Of a stretch of DNA of 64,000 nucleotides, positions 23,529-35,222 are shown piece by piece; positions within the stretch are counted from its first letter, which is position 1, and every line of letters begins with the position of its first letter. The DNA is from Catajapyx aquilonaris. Lineage: Eukaryota. The stretch lies in NCBI GenBank assembly GCA_000934665.2, contig KZ537995.1:1-64000 (forward strand). Reading direction: 5' to 3'. The notes under the pieces were generated by a model. It saw nothing but the letters and a program-made list of their open reading frames with translations. It did no database searches and had not been told where the DNA came from. A program made the position numbers and the translations under genes.

Positions 23529-24325
23529 ATGGCTCTTCAAATGACTTTATACGTTAAGGTTAGACCTCACAACTGTGTGAAAATGTTGAAGGATGAAAAA
23601 GTTATTGATTTCTGGAGGAATCAGGAGGAAGTGTTGCACGACATCAATCTCATCCCACCGGGAATGGATCATACCTACACACCTTGCCAATTCAGCTCGT
23701 TCACTTGCACTTGTAAACTGAAGAGGAAGAGGCAGTTGTCATTTTTGGGCGGTATATCATGGTACACCCATCCAGACATGATGGATACACTTCGTCCTGG
23801 TTTGGTGAGTATTGAGCATTATTTAATTTAGATTGTCACTCAAAATATTTTTTTTACCAGATGATCACATACACTAAGAAGGTGAGCCTCCCCCTCCTTG
23901 ACATGACAAGAGAACTGGATGGAGACTTTTGGGATCAAGTACCTAACTTAAAACGCATGAGTGGAACTGGATGGTACTCAGGGAAACCGCTGATTAATTT
24001 TGTAAAGCAACTGAGAGCAGCTTCAAATCTGTCACCAGCTTTACAACAATATAGGGACCTGTTCAAGGGGATGAGGGATGCTACACTTCGCACGTGCATT
24101 GTTGAACATGAGTCACCTCTATCGCTATTTGAGTTGGTTTTTAATCCTATCCTGTCAACTTGTAATGAAGTATCAATAAATATGTATCGACAGATTGTTG
24201 TGTATCAAATACCCCTTGCATTCCAGGTGGTGATTGACGACATTGTTGGTTATAGGATTGGAAACAGTTGGTGTTTGTGTTTTTTAGCTGTTGACAACAG
24301 TATGGTGTGCACCTGTCGATCATGA
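23529..24325 (+). CDS. Spliced orphan gene (exons ~23529-23804, 23861-24169, 24227-24325)
   Basis: ATG in ACCATGG context; phase-0 GTGAGT...CCAG intron; a possible second short intron; stop lies inside a 30-bp-arm palindrome. Confidence 0.5.
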
Positions 24326-24372
24326 GGGGTCATCTAACGGTACGTTAGATGACCCTTCATGATCGACAGGTG
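24310..24372. repeat. Long palindrome (30-bp arms, 1 mismatch, 3-nt loop)
   Basis: CACCTGTCGATCATGAGGGGTCATCTAACG-gta-CGTTAGATGACCCTTCATGATCGACAGGTG. Confidence 0.95.
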
Positions 24373-25874
24373 TAAGATAGATTTTTTTACAGGGATGTTC
24401 TCAACGTCTCAGATCAGCTGGTATGGGCAGGTGTCTCAATTTTTCACATCAACATACGCCGACAGGGTGAAGTTACGACGTTAGGTAATCATACGTTATG
24501 TATGAGCTGTAACCGACAGTTGGGTACCCGTTAAAAAAATAGCGTCATACGTCACATACGTCGATACACGTTGGGTGACGTCAAGTTACGTTGGGTGATG
24601 ACTGACATACATACGTTAACTTACGTCCGACATACGTAGGCGTACGTAGGCGTACGTTGGGTGGTGACATGTGGTGATAGCTGTCATAACTGTCATAGTG
24701 TCGAGTACAATAAATAGTTGATAGCTGTAACCGACAGGAGGGTAATTGGGAAAAAAATAGCCTCATACGTCACACACATAAGTTGGGTGACGTTGAGATA
24801 CGTTGATTGATAGCTGTCATAACTGTAGCCGACAGGTGGGTACCCGTTAAAAAATAGCCTCATACGTCACATACATCCGTTGGGTGACGTTACGACGTCA
24901 GATTGATATACATACGTTGACTTACGTTCGACATACGTAGGCGTACGTAGGCGTACGTTGGGTGGTCCGTTAGTTTATGATTGATAGCTGTCAATTAGGT
25001 GGCCCCTACACCGGAAACAGGTGACCGGAAGAGACCGGAAACAGGTGACCGAGAAGAATAGACCGAGAACAATAGACCATAAGTTCAGACCGGAAGTTCA
25101 GACCGGAAGTCAGAACAATGGATTCAGACAGGAAGTGTGCTAGGACGGTACTCTTACCTACTACTCATGCTGTACGAGACCAAGTATCTATTTTCCTAAA
25201 CATTTAATTTTTAACATTATGCAATTATGTCAAAAGCAGGCGCGTTCCGATGAATCAGAAGAATGCTGAATGTTTGAACAGCGTATTTTGTATATCATTT
25301 TCAGTTACTTTTGGAGTGTTTATGGTGTTTATGATACAATTTGTTGGACTGGGTTGGAAGTTTCCTCAAAATCTAAATCAGCGACCGTAAAAACTGGGGA
25401 AACATTACTTTCACCTACATATAGGCCTATTATTAAATTCTATCGTGTTATACTGTGTACTATTTATTCCACAACATCTCGAATTTTACGGTGTTTTTGA
25501 TACAGGCTCTTGGTCTGGGTTCAGTGTAGCCTAAAAATCAAAATCGTTGTCCACCAACATTACGGTAAAATACTATTTTCGCATGTCCGTACTTATAATG
25601 GAGATTCCACAAGTTCCTGAATTCGATGGTCTTTTTATGGTACACCCTGTATGTCCTGGTTCAAAATAACCTAAAAATCAAAATTAGGACCGCGAAAACA
25701 TCGGGAAATGTTATTTTCACCTACTTGTAATGCTTATTATACACGTTCGTAAATTTTATAGTGTGTTTTTGGTACACCCTGTAGGTATAGCTTCAAAATA
25801 ACCTAAAAATAGAAATCAGCGACCTTGAAAACATGGGGAGACATGCATTTTACGTACTTAAACGGTTTAGTTTA

Positions 25875-26137
25875 GGGGTCGTCCATAAATTACGTGGACA
25901 GGAAGGGGGGGAGGGGAGCCACAATACTATACGTATACAGCTCTTTTTTTAAAATTTGTAATTTAAAAAAATAATTATATGATTTATTGCCTGTGACAAG
26001 GCCGAAGAGGGGGGTGCCAGGTCGACTGTACATGTAAATAAAGGGGGGGGGGGGNGGGGGTACATGGATTGTATACAAGTGTCCATTTGGGGGGTAGAAA
26101 ATGGCGGGAAGTGTCCACGTAATTTATGGACGGCCCC
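25875..26137. mobile_element. PIF/Harbinger-type MITE
   Basis: 26-bp TIR GGGGTCGTCCATAAATTACGTGGACA / TGTCCACGTAATTTATGGACGGCCCC; TSD TTA. Confidence 0.88.
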
Positions 26138-26720
26138 TTAGGAGCTATCATTTTCTTTCGTGTTTTTCCTGATATTGGCCACTGTGTGCCTGTATAGCAT
26201 GTCTAAATGCAACAAATACCACTACAGGGCAATCAAATTCAACACACGCCGGAATGTGAAAGAAATAAATGATTGCCTTATAATTTGCTGTCTCGCTCGT
26301 AGGTAAAACTCTCAGCTGACAACTATTTTTAATATAACCAGTATCGGCAGCCGAAAACCTTCAAGGCCAGAAGCTCACATCAAGGTGCACGGCAGTGCAC
26401 CCCGCCAAGTCATCACTCCACATCACTCCACACCACACACACATTCTACATTTCGACACATCACCTACTGCCACTTGTCATGTAACCAGGCAACCAAATC
26501 AACATGCACTGCTGTGGGCCTTTTACTCTAGCCTCTTCGTATACTACATTTGACCTCCTTCCAGCTCAGCTCGGGAAAACGCTGGAGATCTGAGCTTTAC
26601 AAAATAGAATGGCATGGGCCCAGGGTCCCTACAAAAAAATATTCATAATTTTGCGACAAAAGGTTCTGGAGATATAACACCTCAAAAAAGGCAATTTTTC
26701 TTCCAATAATGTATATTATA

Positions 26721-27158
26721 CAGGGTGGTCCAACTTTTTTGTCCGAACAGCTATTGACAAATTCGGCCTAAGCTGCTTATGTTGTAGTGCGTTACCTGGC
26801 AACCCCGGCCGGCGGGCCAATTCAAACATCAGCACATGGAGATCGCTTCCATTGTTGCCACTGTTTACAAATCGAGTGAGTGACCCCAAAATGACTCATT
26901 GCTTCTAACATAATTATTTTCCCCGTTTTCTCCTGCGTATCCCTTGATACTGATGTGTAAGCCGGCAGAAGAGACCCGTCGCTGGGTCGTCCGCGTCACT
27001 CACTCGATTTGTAAACAGTGGCAACAATGGAAGCGCTCTCCATGGGCCGATGTTTGAATTGGCCCGCCGGCCGGGGTTGCCAGGTAACGCACTACAACAT
27101 AAGCAGCTTAGGCCGAATTTGTCAATAGCTGTTCGGACAAAAAAGTTGGACCACCCTG
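26721..27158. mobile_element. Tc1/mariner-type MITE
   Basis: ~165-bp near-perfect TIRs beginning CAGGGTGGTCCAAC; TA on both flanks. Confidence 0.9.
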
Positions 27159-27949
27159 TATATACACATATTATATACATATACATAGGTGGTGATAATC
27201 AAATTGATCATGTACTTACAGCTATCATAGAGACACCAAGTTTGGCATAAAGATAGGTTACGGTCTGGGACACTAGGGAAAAGTCCGAAACTGGAACTCG
27301 ATCATCTAGATTCAAGATGGCGGGCATTTCGAGTCTTAAAAAAATCGTAAATCAGCCATTACTGATCGCAGAGACATAATGGAAACTGATCTGAAATCCT
27401 CAAAACAAGGGCTACTACTTAATATATGAACATTAGGAATAGGCCATCTTGATTCCAGATGCCAGCTTTTTAATAACTTTAAACAGCCATTATTGATCAG
27501 GAGAGACAAAATGGAATCGTATGGAAATCTCAAACCAAGGGGAACAACTCCAAAAATAAAAATTATTAGGCACCAGACAACAACTTATTACAGGTATTAG
27601 AAAGAGAACAAAAAATCATTGCATCTAAGCCATTGTTGATCGATTGTTGATGAACTAGCAATTGATTTCATTACTAACATTGCTGATTGATTGTTGATGC
27701 ACTAACAATCGATCTGATTATTAGTATTGTTGATCGATTGCTGATCGATTGTTGATGAACTAACAATAAAATAATATGAGACAGCAAAATAATAGTGAAT
27801 TTGTGCTTTATCATGTACGCTTGGGAATAATTTCCAATAACGATATCCAGGTACTTACTGAGAGACACGTGAATATCACGTCGACTGATCCTACTGTCTG
27901 ATTCGATCAACTTACGAGGCAATTAATTATCCAGCCTGCCAGAAGATAC

Positions 27950-28570
27950 AATATTTTTGGTTTGCTGCCAACAAACCACATTGTGCAAAGCCTTACATAA
28001 AGCCATACTTGAAGCTATAAACTCTCCTGAGATCATCCTGGAAGCTGAGGACTCGTTGGACTGTCCCAGATCTATGCTCCAGTCAATAAGCTATACTCGA
28101 AAAGTACGAAGAGGATTGTTCTAATCTAATACGGCTGGTTTGGAAAAAAAACACCATTACTATATTAAACTGGGCACAAAGATTCTGTTAACAAGAAACA
28201 TTGATGTTACTCTTCGGTGCAGTGGGTACCGTACTGACCCAGACACTCCAAAAAAAAACACCTAAAATCCATAAAAATTCAACTTTCTTTCGGATTGGAA
28301 TACGATTTAGGGCCTGTGAAGAGCAAATTTGAAGTTACAACAAAAGCATTCGTCTACGCTTATAGAAAACAGTTCTCTATAACGATAGCTTACACGGCAT
28401 CACAATTCACAAGAGTCACGGCTCGAGATTAGACACTGCCCTAATCGACATCGGCTCATCACTTTTCTGTTGCGGCCAAACCTACGTAGCCTTGGCTCGT
28501 GTCACAACAATTGACGGAATCCATATAATCAACTTTGATCATACCCAGGTAAGAGCTAACCCAATAGAAA
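27950..28570 (+). mobile_element. Degenerate Helitron-type PIF1 helicase fragment
   Basis: Frameshifted NTAGLEK..IKLGTKILLTRNIDV and RKQFSITIAY-GITIHKSHG..LD..LIDIG..LF..GQTYVALARVTTIDGIHI (helicase motifs V/VI). Confidence 0.85.
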
Positions 28571-28859
28571 CTCCTTATACTGGACTCGGACATAATATTA
28601 GACAAATTGCAAAGTAGCCCTCCTAATGTCACGGAAACAAGGTAGATGACTTGTGTATGATGGGAGAGTTGTTGGTTTGGGGTGTTGGAATAATGTTTGG
28701 AAGAGCATGGCATGGGCGGCCCTCTTACAAACATGTTATGTGTGTCCTCTGACACTTTGAAAATAAAAACCTATCAATTCCACACTTTATATCGTATTTT
28801 CCTGTGTACCGGAGAAAATATCATTCCTTATTTACTGCAACTGCACAAAAAGTCTTGAG

Positions 28860-29555
28860 ATCTAACCAAAAACGGACTCGTAAAAAAACCGCCAAGTCCT
28901 TAGCCACTCCGCCTAAAAAAGTCGTGAGATCATGGGTGGACACCAAGCCTCTTTGTGAGACTATAGATTAAGTCAAGTTACTTGGCTCACGATTGGAGAC
29001 TATAGACTTACAACTCGTAGACTTGGCGCATGGTTCGAGACTATATAGACTAAGGTTGAGCCACTTGGTTCACCGGGCATGAAGAGCAATAGACAACTTA
29101 ATGATAAAATTTAGTAGTTTCTGATCAACCAATGACTGTTACACGCCTTCCATTTACTGCTGTAATATCCAGACCGCAATTCCTTAATTACCGTATACTC
29201 ATGTAGTAACATATTCCCCCTTCAAACCATACAGGGTGTTTCTCAACTCGCGTCCAAAACTTCTAGGGTGAACTCCTGAGCACCAGTCAATCGCTTCACC
29301 TGCTCTATGTAAAGTGATCCCCTGGTGCACCGGTATAATTTCCCGTGAGCCAAGTCGCTCACCTTAGTCTATAGTCTCGAACCATGCGCCAAGTCTACGA
29401 GTTGTAAGTCTATAGTCTCCAATCGTGAGCCAAGTAACTTGACTTAATCTATAGTCTCACAAAGAGGCTTGGTGTCCACCCATGATCTCACGACTTTTTT
29501 AGGCGGAGTGGCTAAGGACTTGGCGGTTTTTTTACGAGTCCGTTTTTGGTTAGAT
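28860..29555. repeat. Foldback inverted repeat (~195-bp arms) with internal GAGACTATAGA subrepeats
   Basis: 28860-29055 is the near-exact reverse complement of 29362-29555; no clear TSD. Confidence 0.85.
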
Positions 29556-30666
29556 TATATTATAGTAGGCCTATATTCAATAATCAACATTTTCTGGCCC
29601 CTGAACAATGTTACACAACAACAGCAGATACGTGAAACTTTCCAAAGTGGGACATTAGCGCCCAGCTGCCTGATGACGACACGCATAATCAGGAAGATTC
29701 CCATACCGGAAAGACAACAACAATGAATAGAGCACTGTCAAAATAAATCATAAAAAGACGACTTTACGCCCGAGTGACAGTCGATTGAATGAAATGTAGG
29801 TCAGAGTATATAGAGTCGCGTAGGAAGCAAGGGGCGAAATGAAGTGGGGCAAAAAGCAACAGGTGTCATCCCCTGGTCTCTGTTACTACACATCCACTTG
29901 GCTGCGCATGTTCGACTTGATCCGGGATCATTCTCCGTTCTCTTTTTCTCAAGCGAATCTCTAACACTATAGACTCTCACTCTAGAGAAGTGGTTCCCAA
30001 CCTGGCGGAAAATTCTGGGGTTCAAGGTCACCCAAACTTAGGTGAATGAAACGTTTACCCCCCCCCCCCCCTGCTACGCCACTGCAACCACTGCTAGTGT
30101 ATACGTTGTCCACTGGCTGCAAATTGGATGATTATACCTTACATGTCATTTACATATAGGGGGTGACACGTATGTGTCCATATGGCTGTCGTTCCATAAT
30201 GAGATATAATTATGTTTCCAGGATGTCTCACCTTCTTCTGGTCTGGATAGGCCGCATCCTCCATGTCTTGTAAGCCCGCTGTTATATGGCTGTGTGACCT
30301 GTACTGTCCCCCAACCACTAAAAACCACGCTCATAAACGTGCGCATCTCGAGAATCCCACCAGTTGACTGTCTCAAAAAAGCCAGATCTAGGCATCTAGC
30401 TACAAAACCGCTGAGTTGGCAACGCTGCCTCCGAGGCCACTGACCATGCTGCCTCGGCTTCTGGGCGAATATTTTCCTGCCGGGCGGCAACTTCCTATCA
30501 GGCATAAAATAATAGCCTGCCAGCCTGCCTACTCCTTTCTCCTCAACTCTTGTCAACAATGTGATGATGTGAGCATAAGTACACAGCGTTCAATCAATAT
30601 ATTGTGTGTAGAGTACCGGTATAGGCTACTATCACATTTGCACATTTTTTTATTGAAGGTCTGCAT

Positions 30667-32630
30667 TCAGCAAGTGCGCCAATCTTGATGGCCAATTGGC
30701 CTACATATCTCCGGACATGTGACGTTCAGGTAATTCTTGAAGGTCAGTGGTGCTCCTACGAAGTTGTGTGCTGTATTGTTGTCCCTTCGTGTCGGCCAAG
30801 GACGGACATCCACAGTGTAGTTCTGCTGGCACAGGTAACTGTCGTGCCTCACGCTGTCTCCTGCGTACATAAAGATCATAATTATGTAAAAGTGGCTAGA
30901 CTCATTACGTTGTCTCATCACCAACGTGCATGTGGTACTATACTACTTTCCCCCTGAGAGGCTGAGAGCGGCAGTAGTGTGCAGAAAGAGAGGATGTGCG
31001 CCATCTGGTAATGACATCGTACTACGTCCAAGTGGAGGGCGGGCCGGGCAGTGTTGCCAAATATTGGGGTCACTACTATTATAGTTATTATATGTTTAAG
31101 GAAAGTTTGGCTTGCCGTGAACTAGAGGCCAAACAATGTCACGCAGCATGAACTGGTCGTTACCATACGTGACATTCTTCTGGACGTAACGTATCATGTC
31201 TTCTAGCGCTTGACGTAACAGCATGCGTTTATTTCGCACGTAAGCGCCCCACATTCCAGCTGGAAAGGAAATTCGCAAGATGTACTACTAATTGATTGAT
31301 TCTTTCCGTCTGTTGTTTGTCCGAGCTGATAGTACCACTGCCTCTCGCACGACTACGAGTGGCAGGAGTGTGCAGAGAGGGAGGATATCCGCCATCTATG
31401 AGAGGCGTATGGGACTCTCGAGATGGGGATGCCATTTGGGGAATTTTGACAAATTGTGGCACAGTGTACACTACTAAGAAACCCCATATGTTACCAAAAA
31501 TTGGGGCCCAGTTGTGACTGGGATGGTCCCTCATGATGTGCCAGGTCTTCTCTGATCCGATCCAATCCGACACTGCAGCAACTTCCCTCGAGGAGAACAG
31601 GCCATCCAGGTCTCTACTCACAAAGTAGTCCACCTGTGGGTCGCCCAGGGGCAGGAACCTCCAGGCCGGGGCGGTCCAATCTGCAAAAATTAAATGTTGT
31701 GAGAAAATTCAAGCGAGTTTGACTTAGGCCTACTGTAGCCTACTTACTGGATAGATTACCATACAGTGGTATGTCCGACACGGAGCACAGGTCTAGGAAA
31801 GGAAACCTGCACTCTAGGGCACACAATGTCTTGTGGATACCGTCGTTTATCGTGACGTTATGGTACACCCGCATTATCCATCCAGGGTAATAATTGGGGA
31901 TCAGAAGCGCGTTGCCTTCAATGCCCTGGAAACAATAGCTGAATTTTAGACCTTTTCTCTACAAAAAAAAAAAATCGTATAGAACGGCTCTGTCCGTCCA
32001 TAGAGAGGTAACAGGGTCTAACCCGCAAGATATAGCGACAAACGGTTTTCGGATTCGGATTCAGCGGACCCTAAATTATTTTTTATTTCATTTTTTTATT
32101 TTATGTACACAACTGTAATACATGTCCACGGACGGACAGACAGGGCAGTTCTACAGATTTTCTTATGAGAAAAGGTATATGAAAGTCGCCTCTCATATGG
32201 AGAGAATACAGCCTACGACACTTCGATCGACTCACCTGAAAATATTTTCTCTTGTGTATTTGTGTCCCGTAAAATCCAAACGAAACCACACGCTGTCCAG
32301 GTCCTCTCCCACTGGCGTACGGGCTACATGTCGATTGGTTGTCCTGTACGTTGGACACCTGAAGTCTGAAGCATCCGCAGGGATGAGTGGACACATAGCT
32401 GTCCGATTTGACCATTAGACTCATCGATTCAGGACGGATCAGGGACAAGAGGCTGGGATCTGCATATAACAAAAGTTATGTTGTGAGAACAGGTAATTGT
32501 GAAAGATGTGGGTACCTGACCTACTCCAAGGTTGGGGGTCAATCTGGTAGGTCGCGTGCCGAAAGAAGATGACCAGTAACGTGACACAGACGCATCCAAT
32601 AAGGATCCTAAAGTTGCGACGAGGCCTCAT
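30667..32630 (-). CDS. Type II membrane, putative glycosyltransferase-like protein, paralog A (exons 32630-32516, 32459-32236, 31925-31748, 31680-31495, 31259-31116, 30860-30667)
   Basis: N-terminal TM; VVSFGFYG, YYPGWIMRVY, WRFLPLGDPQVDYFVSRDLD, HIMRDHPSH, GMWG, DQ, HDSYLC, NFVG; enzymatic function is inferred only. Confidence 0.8.
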
Positions 32631-33143
32631 ATGGAAACAAATCCTGACGTAACCATATGTAAATGATTTGCAACAATGTGCGAAAATTGTACAGAAGCCC
32701 TCCTTATACCCTAACAATGTCTGTAGCGACCTTTGCGTCGTAAGAATCTCCAGCAAAATGACATGTCGACACGATTTTCGCACACATGCAAACTTGACAC
32801 GTTGCATGAAGATGATGCAAGTGTGTTTCTATTGTGAAGGAAATGTGTGCCAGATCGTAATAATAGACGCCTGTTGGTCGATGCAGGGTATGAGAAATTC
32901 AGCAAATATTTTTTGGCAAGTATTTAATCACTTATTATGAACAATGTAGCAGTTGCCTTTCTGAATCCACCAGTCGTGCATGTCTTCGTAAACTCTATCA
33001 TTCTATCTGCTCTCTACATTAATTGAACTGAGAGCAGTTGTGCGTTGTGCCTTATGAAAGGCTCCTACTGACCCTCTCCGAATCTGTAGAGTGAGTCGCC
33101 GAAAAATGAGTTCCAAAAGAGAGACAATCTTCTTTTGAACCAC

Positions 33144-33428
33144 TTATTGTTGAATCGGACTATCAATCTGGCCAATATTTGCAACATTTTCACTACTCTG
33201 CTGGACCGCACTTTCTTCAATCTGGACATTTGGTTCTATCTGAACATTTTCACCAATCTGTGCGACAATTGCAGCATTTTCACTTATCAGGATGTCAATG
33301 TTGTCGTCATTCAGATCAACACTGTCAATGTCATTGTCAGTCCGAATGACACTTGAAATCAGCAGCAATGTGATGAGATATGTGGTTGTCAGAAACACAG
33401 CCAAGATCAGTAGACGTCGCTTCTTCAT
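33144..33428 (-). pseudogene. Orphan type II membrane anchor/stem exon, probably a decayed gene
   Basis: MKKRR + TM + acidic/Asn-rich stem, followed by a stop and interrupted downstream frames. Confidence 0.35.
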
Positions 33429-33645
33429 GATCAGATAGCACTATGAGTATGAATCCTACTTGCTCTGTGCACTATTCAATGGCACAGCTGAGGCATTGTA
33501 CTGAAACACCTGCTGCAGAAGTAGTAAGAAATGCTGTGCTTCACAGCACATTACTTGTATACGAGGCCAAATTATTCCGGCAGAGTTTATTGTAACGCAA
33601 TTAGGAACATTCACAAGTGGTCTATTCTCTATTGTATATTGGGTG

Positions 33646-35222
33646 TCAGCATGTGGTCCAATCCTGGTGGTTTTTGGGTCTGCATTTTTTTGGGCATGGT
33701 TTTGTCAATGGTTTCTTGTAATGGACTGGCATACCGACGAAGTTGAATAGAGTGTCATTGCGTCGTCTAGTCGGCCATGGATGAACGTCCTCTCTTCTTC
33801 CAAACCCCTGGCAGTGGTAGCTTTCATGTCTCACACAGTCTCCTGAAAGTATTTCAGCCGATAAGGGACAAGAACACACCTTGACCTACAGTCGTATGAC
33901 TATACCTTTGACCCGAGGCCAAAGTGCCTTCAGCAGCATCCGTTGGTCTCTTCCCTTCTGATACTCCGTTGGCAAGTTCATCAGGTCGTGCAGGACACCT
34001 CGAGCCAACTCTGGCTTCCTCTTCACATTAGCTCCCCACATACCACCTGGGGAATGCAAATGTTATTAGGATATACGTACATCAGTATTGCTCTATAAGC
34101 TAATGATGTGAATTTTCAATAAAAAAGAATGGGATTCAAATCAAGAAGAAGAAAAAGTAAAAATCACTCAAATAGACTGGAAAAACACTCGAAAAAGTTT
34201 AGAGTGTACTACTACACATTGGTTTAGGTTCAGGTAAGGGTTAATTATTTAGACTATATTAGTTTAGGATAAATTAACCTTGTGGATATCCATATGGGAT
34301 TTTCCAGGGCGATTCGTGCTACTTGTGGAAGGTTAGGTGAAAATACGAGACTGACCAAGAATGGGTGTGCCGACGTGATTGGGGTGGTCCCTCATGATGT
34401 GCCAGGTCTTCCCTGATCTGATCCAGGCCCTCACAGCATCCACTTCCCTGGAGGAGAACCCACTGTCCAGGTCTCGACTCACGAAGTAGTCCACCTGGGG
34501 GTCGCCCAGGGGCAGGAACCTCCAGGCCATTGGGTTCCACTCTATATATAGGGACAAATAAAGTGAATTCGAGAAGAACAAGTGTAATTAGGGCAGGGCA
34601 TTGCTATAGTGTCTTACTGGCCAGGTTTCCGTACATGGGGTTGTGTGATGTCAGGCAAAAGTCGAGGTATGGGTACCGGCACTCCAGGGTGCACATCAGG
34701 TCGTGTCCAGCCTTGTCCTCCTCTCTGGAGATGTTGTGGTACACACGCATTGTCCACTCGGGGTAGTACTGAGGCAGGGTCATTGCGTTGGTTGTAATCC
34801 CCTGAATTAGCATGGCCTGATGTTACATACACTGTGCCAAGTATGACCTGGAAGTAACATACCTGGAAGTACCCCCTGGTATTGTTGAGTGTCCCGTAGA
34901 AACTAAAGGAGACCACACGTTGACCCGATCCCCTCATGGCCGTGTACTCATTACAAGTCGAGTTTGCATGTTGAGAAGTGGAGTTCACACGTCTGAAGCA
35001 TCCACATGGAGTAATTGCATAATTGGGGAGTGATGAAGTACTTGCGAATTCAATGGTTGAATCCGGAGAGATTTTGGGATTCCCTAACATAGATTTCCAT
35101 GGATTTACTCGTGGATTTCGGATCTGTCCATCGTCCAGTGTGGGAATCAGGATGACCATTACGGATGTGACTGATGCGAATGATATGAACGCAGCAGCCA
35201 CGCGTCCAGAAGGCGCCCTCAT
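33646..35222 (-). CDS. Putative glycosyltransferase-like protein, paralog B (exons 35222-34863, 34801-34618, 34541-34356, 34046-33906, 33842-33646)
   Basis: Same motifs and the same four downstream intron positions as paralog A (VVSFSFYG, WRFLPLGDPQVDYFVSRDLD, HIMRDHPNH, C-terminal CPKKCRPKNHQDWTTC). Confidence 0.82.

Larger units (their letters stand above)
19400..25165. mobile_element. Probable Polinton/Maverick-like terminal fragment carrying orphan genes (left boundary undefined)
   Basis: Terminus ...TACCTACTACT at 25165 (AGTAGT on the minus strand); subterminal ACCGGAAG arrays and tandem repeats at 24470-25140; compact ORFans; no core pPolB/integrase/capsid genes seen. Confidence 0.5.

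Noticed and set aside
30058..30084. hAT-like end (poly-C...GCTACGCCACTG)
   Set aside because: Only one terminus is visible, with no partner TIR or TSD
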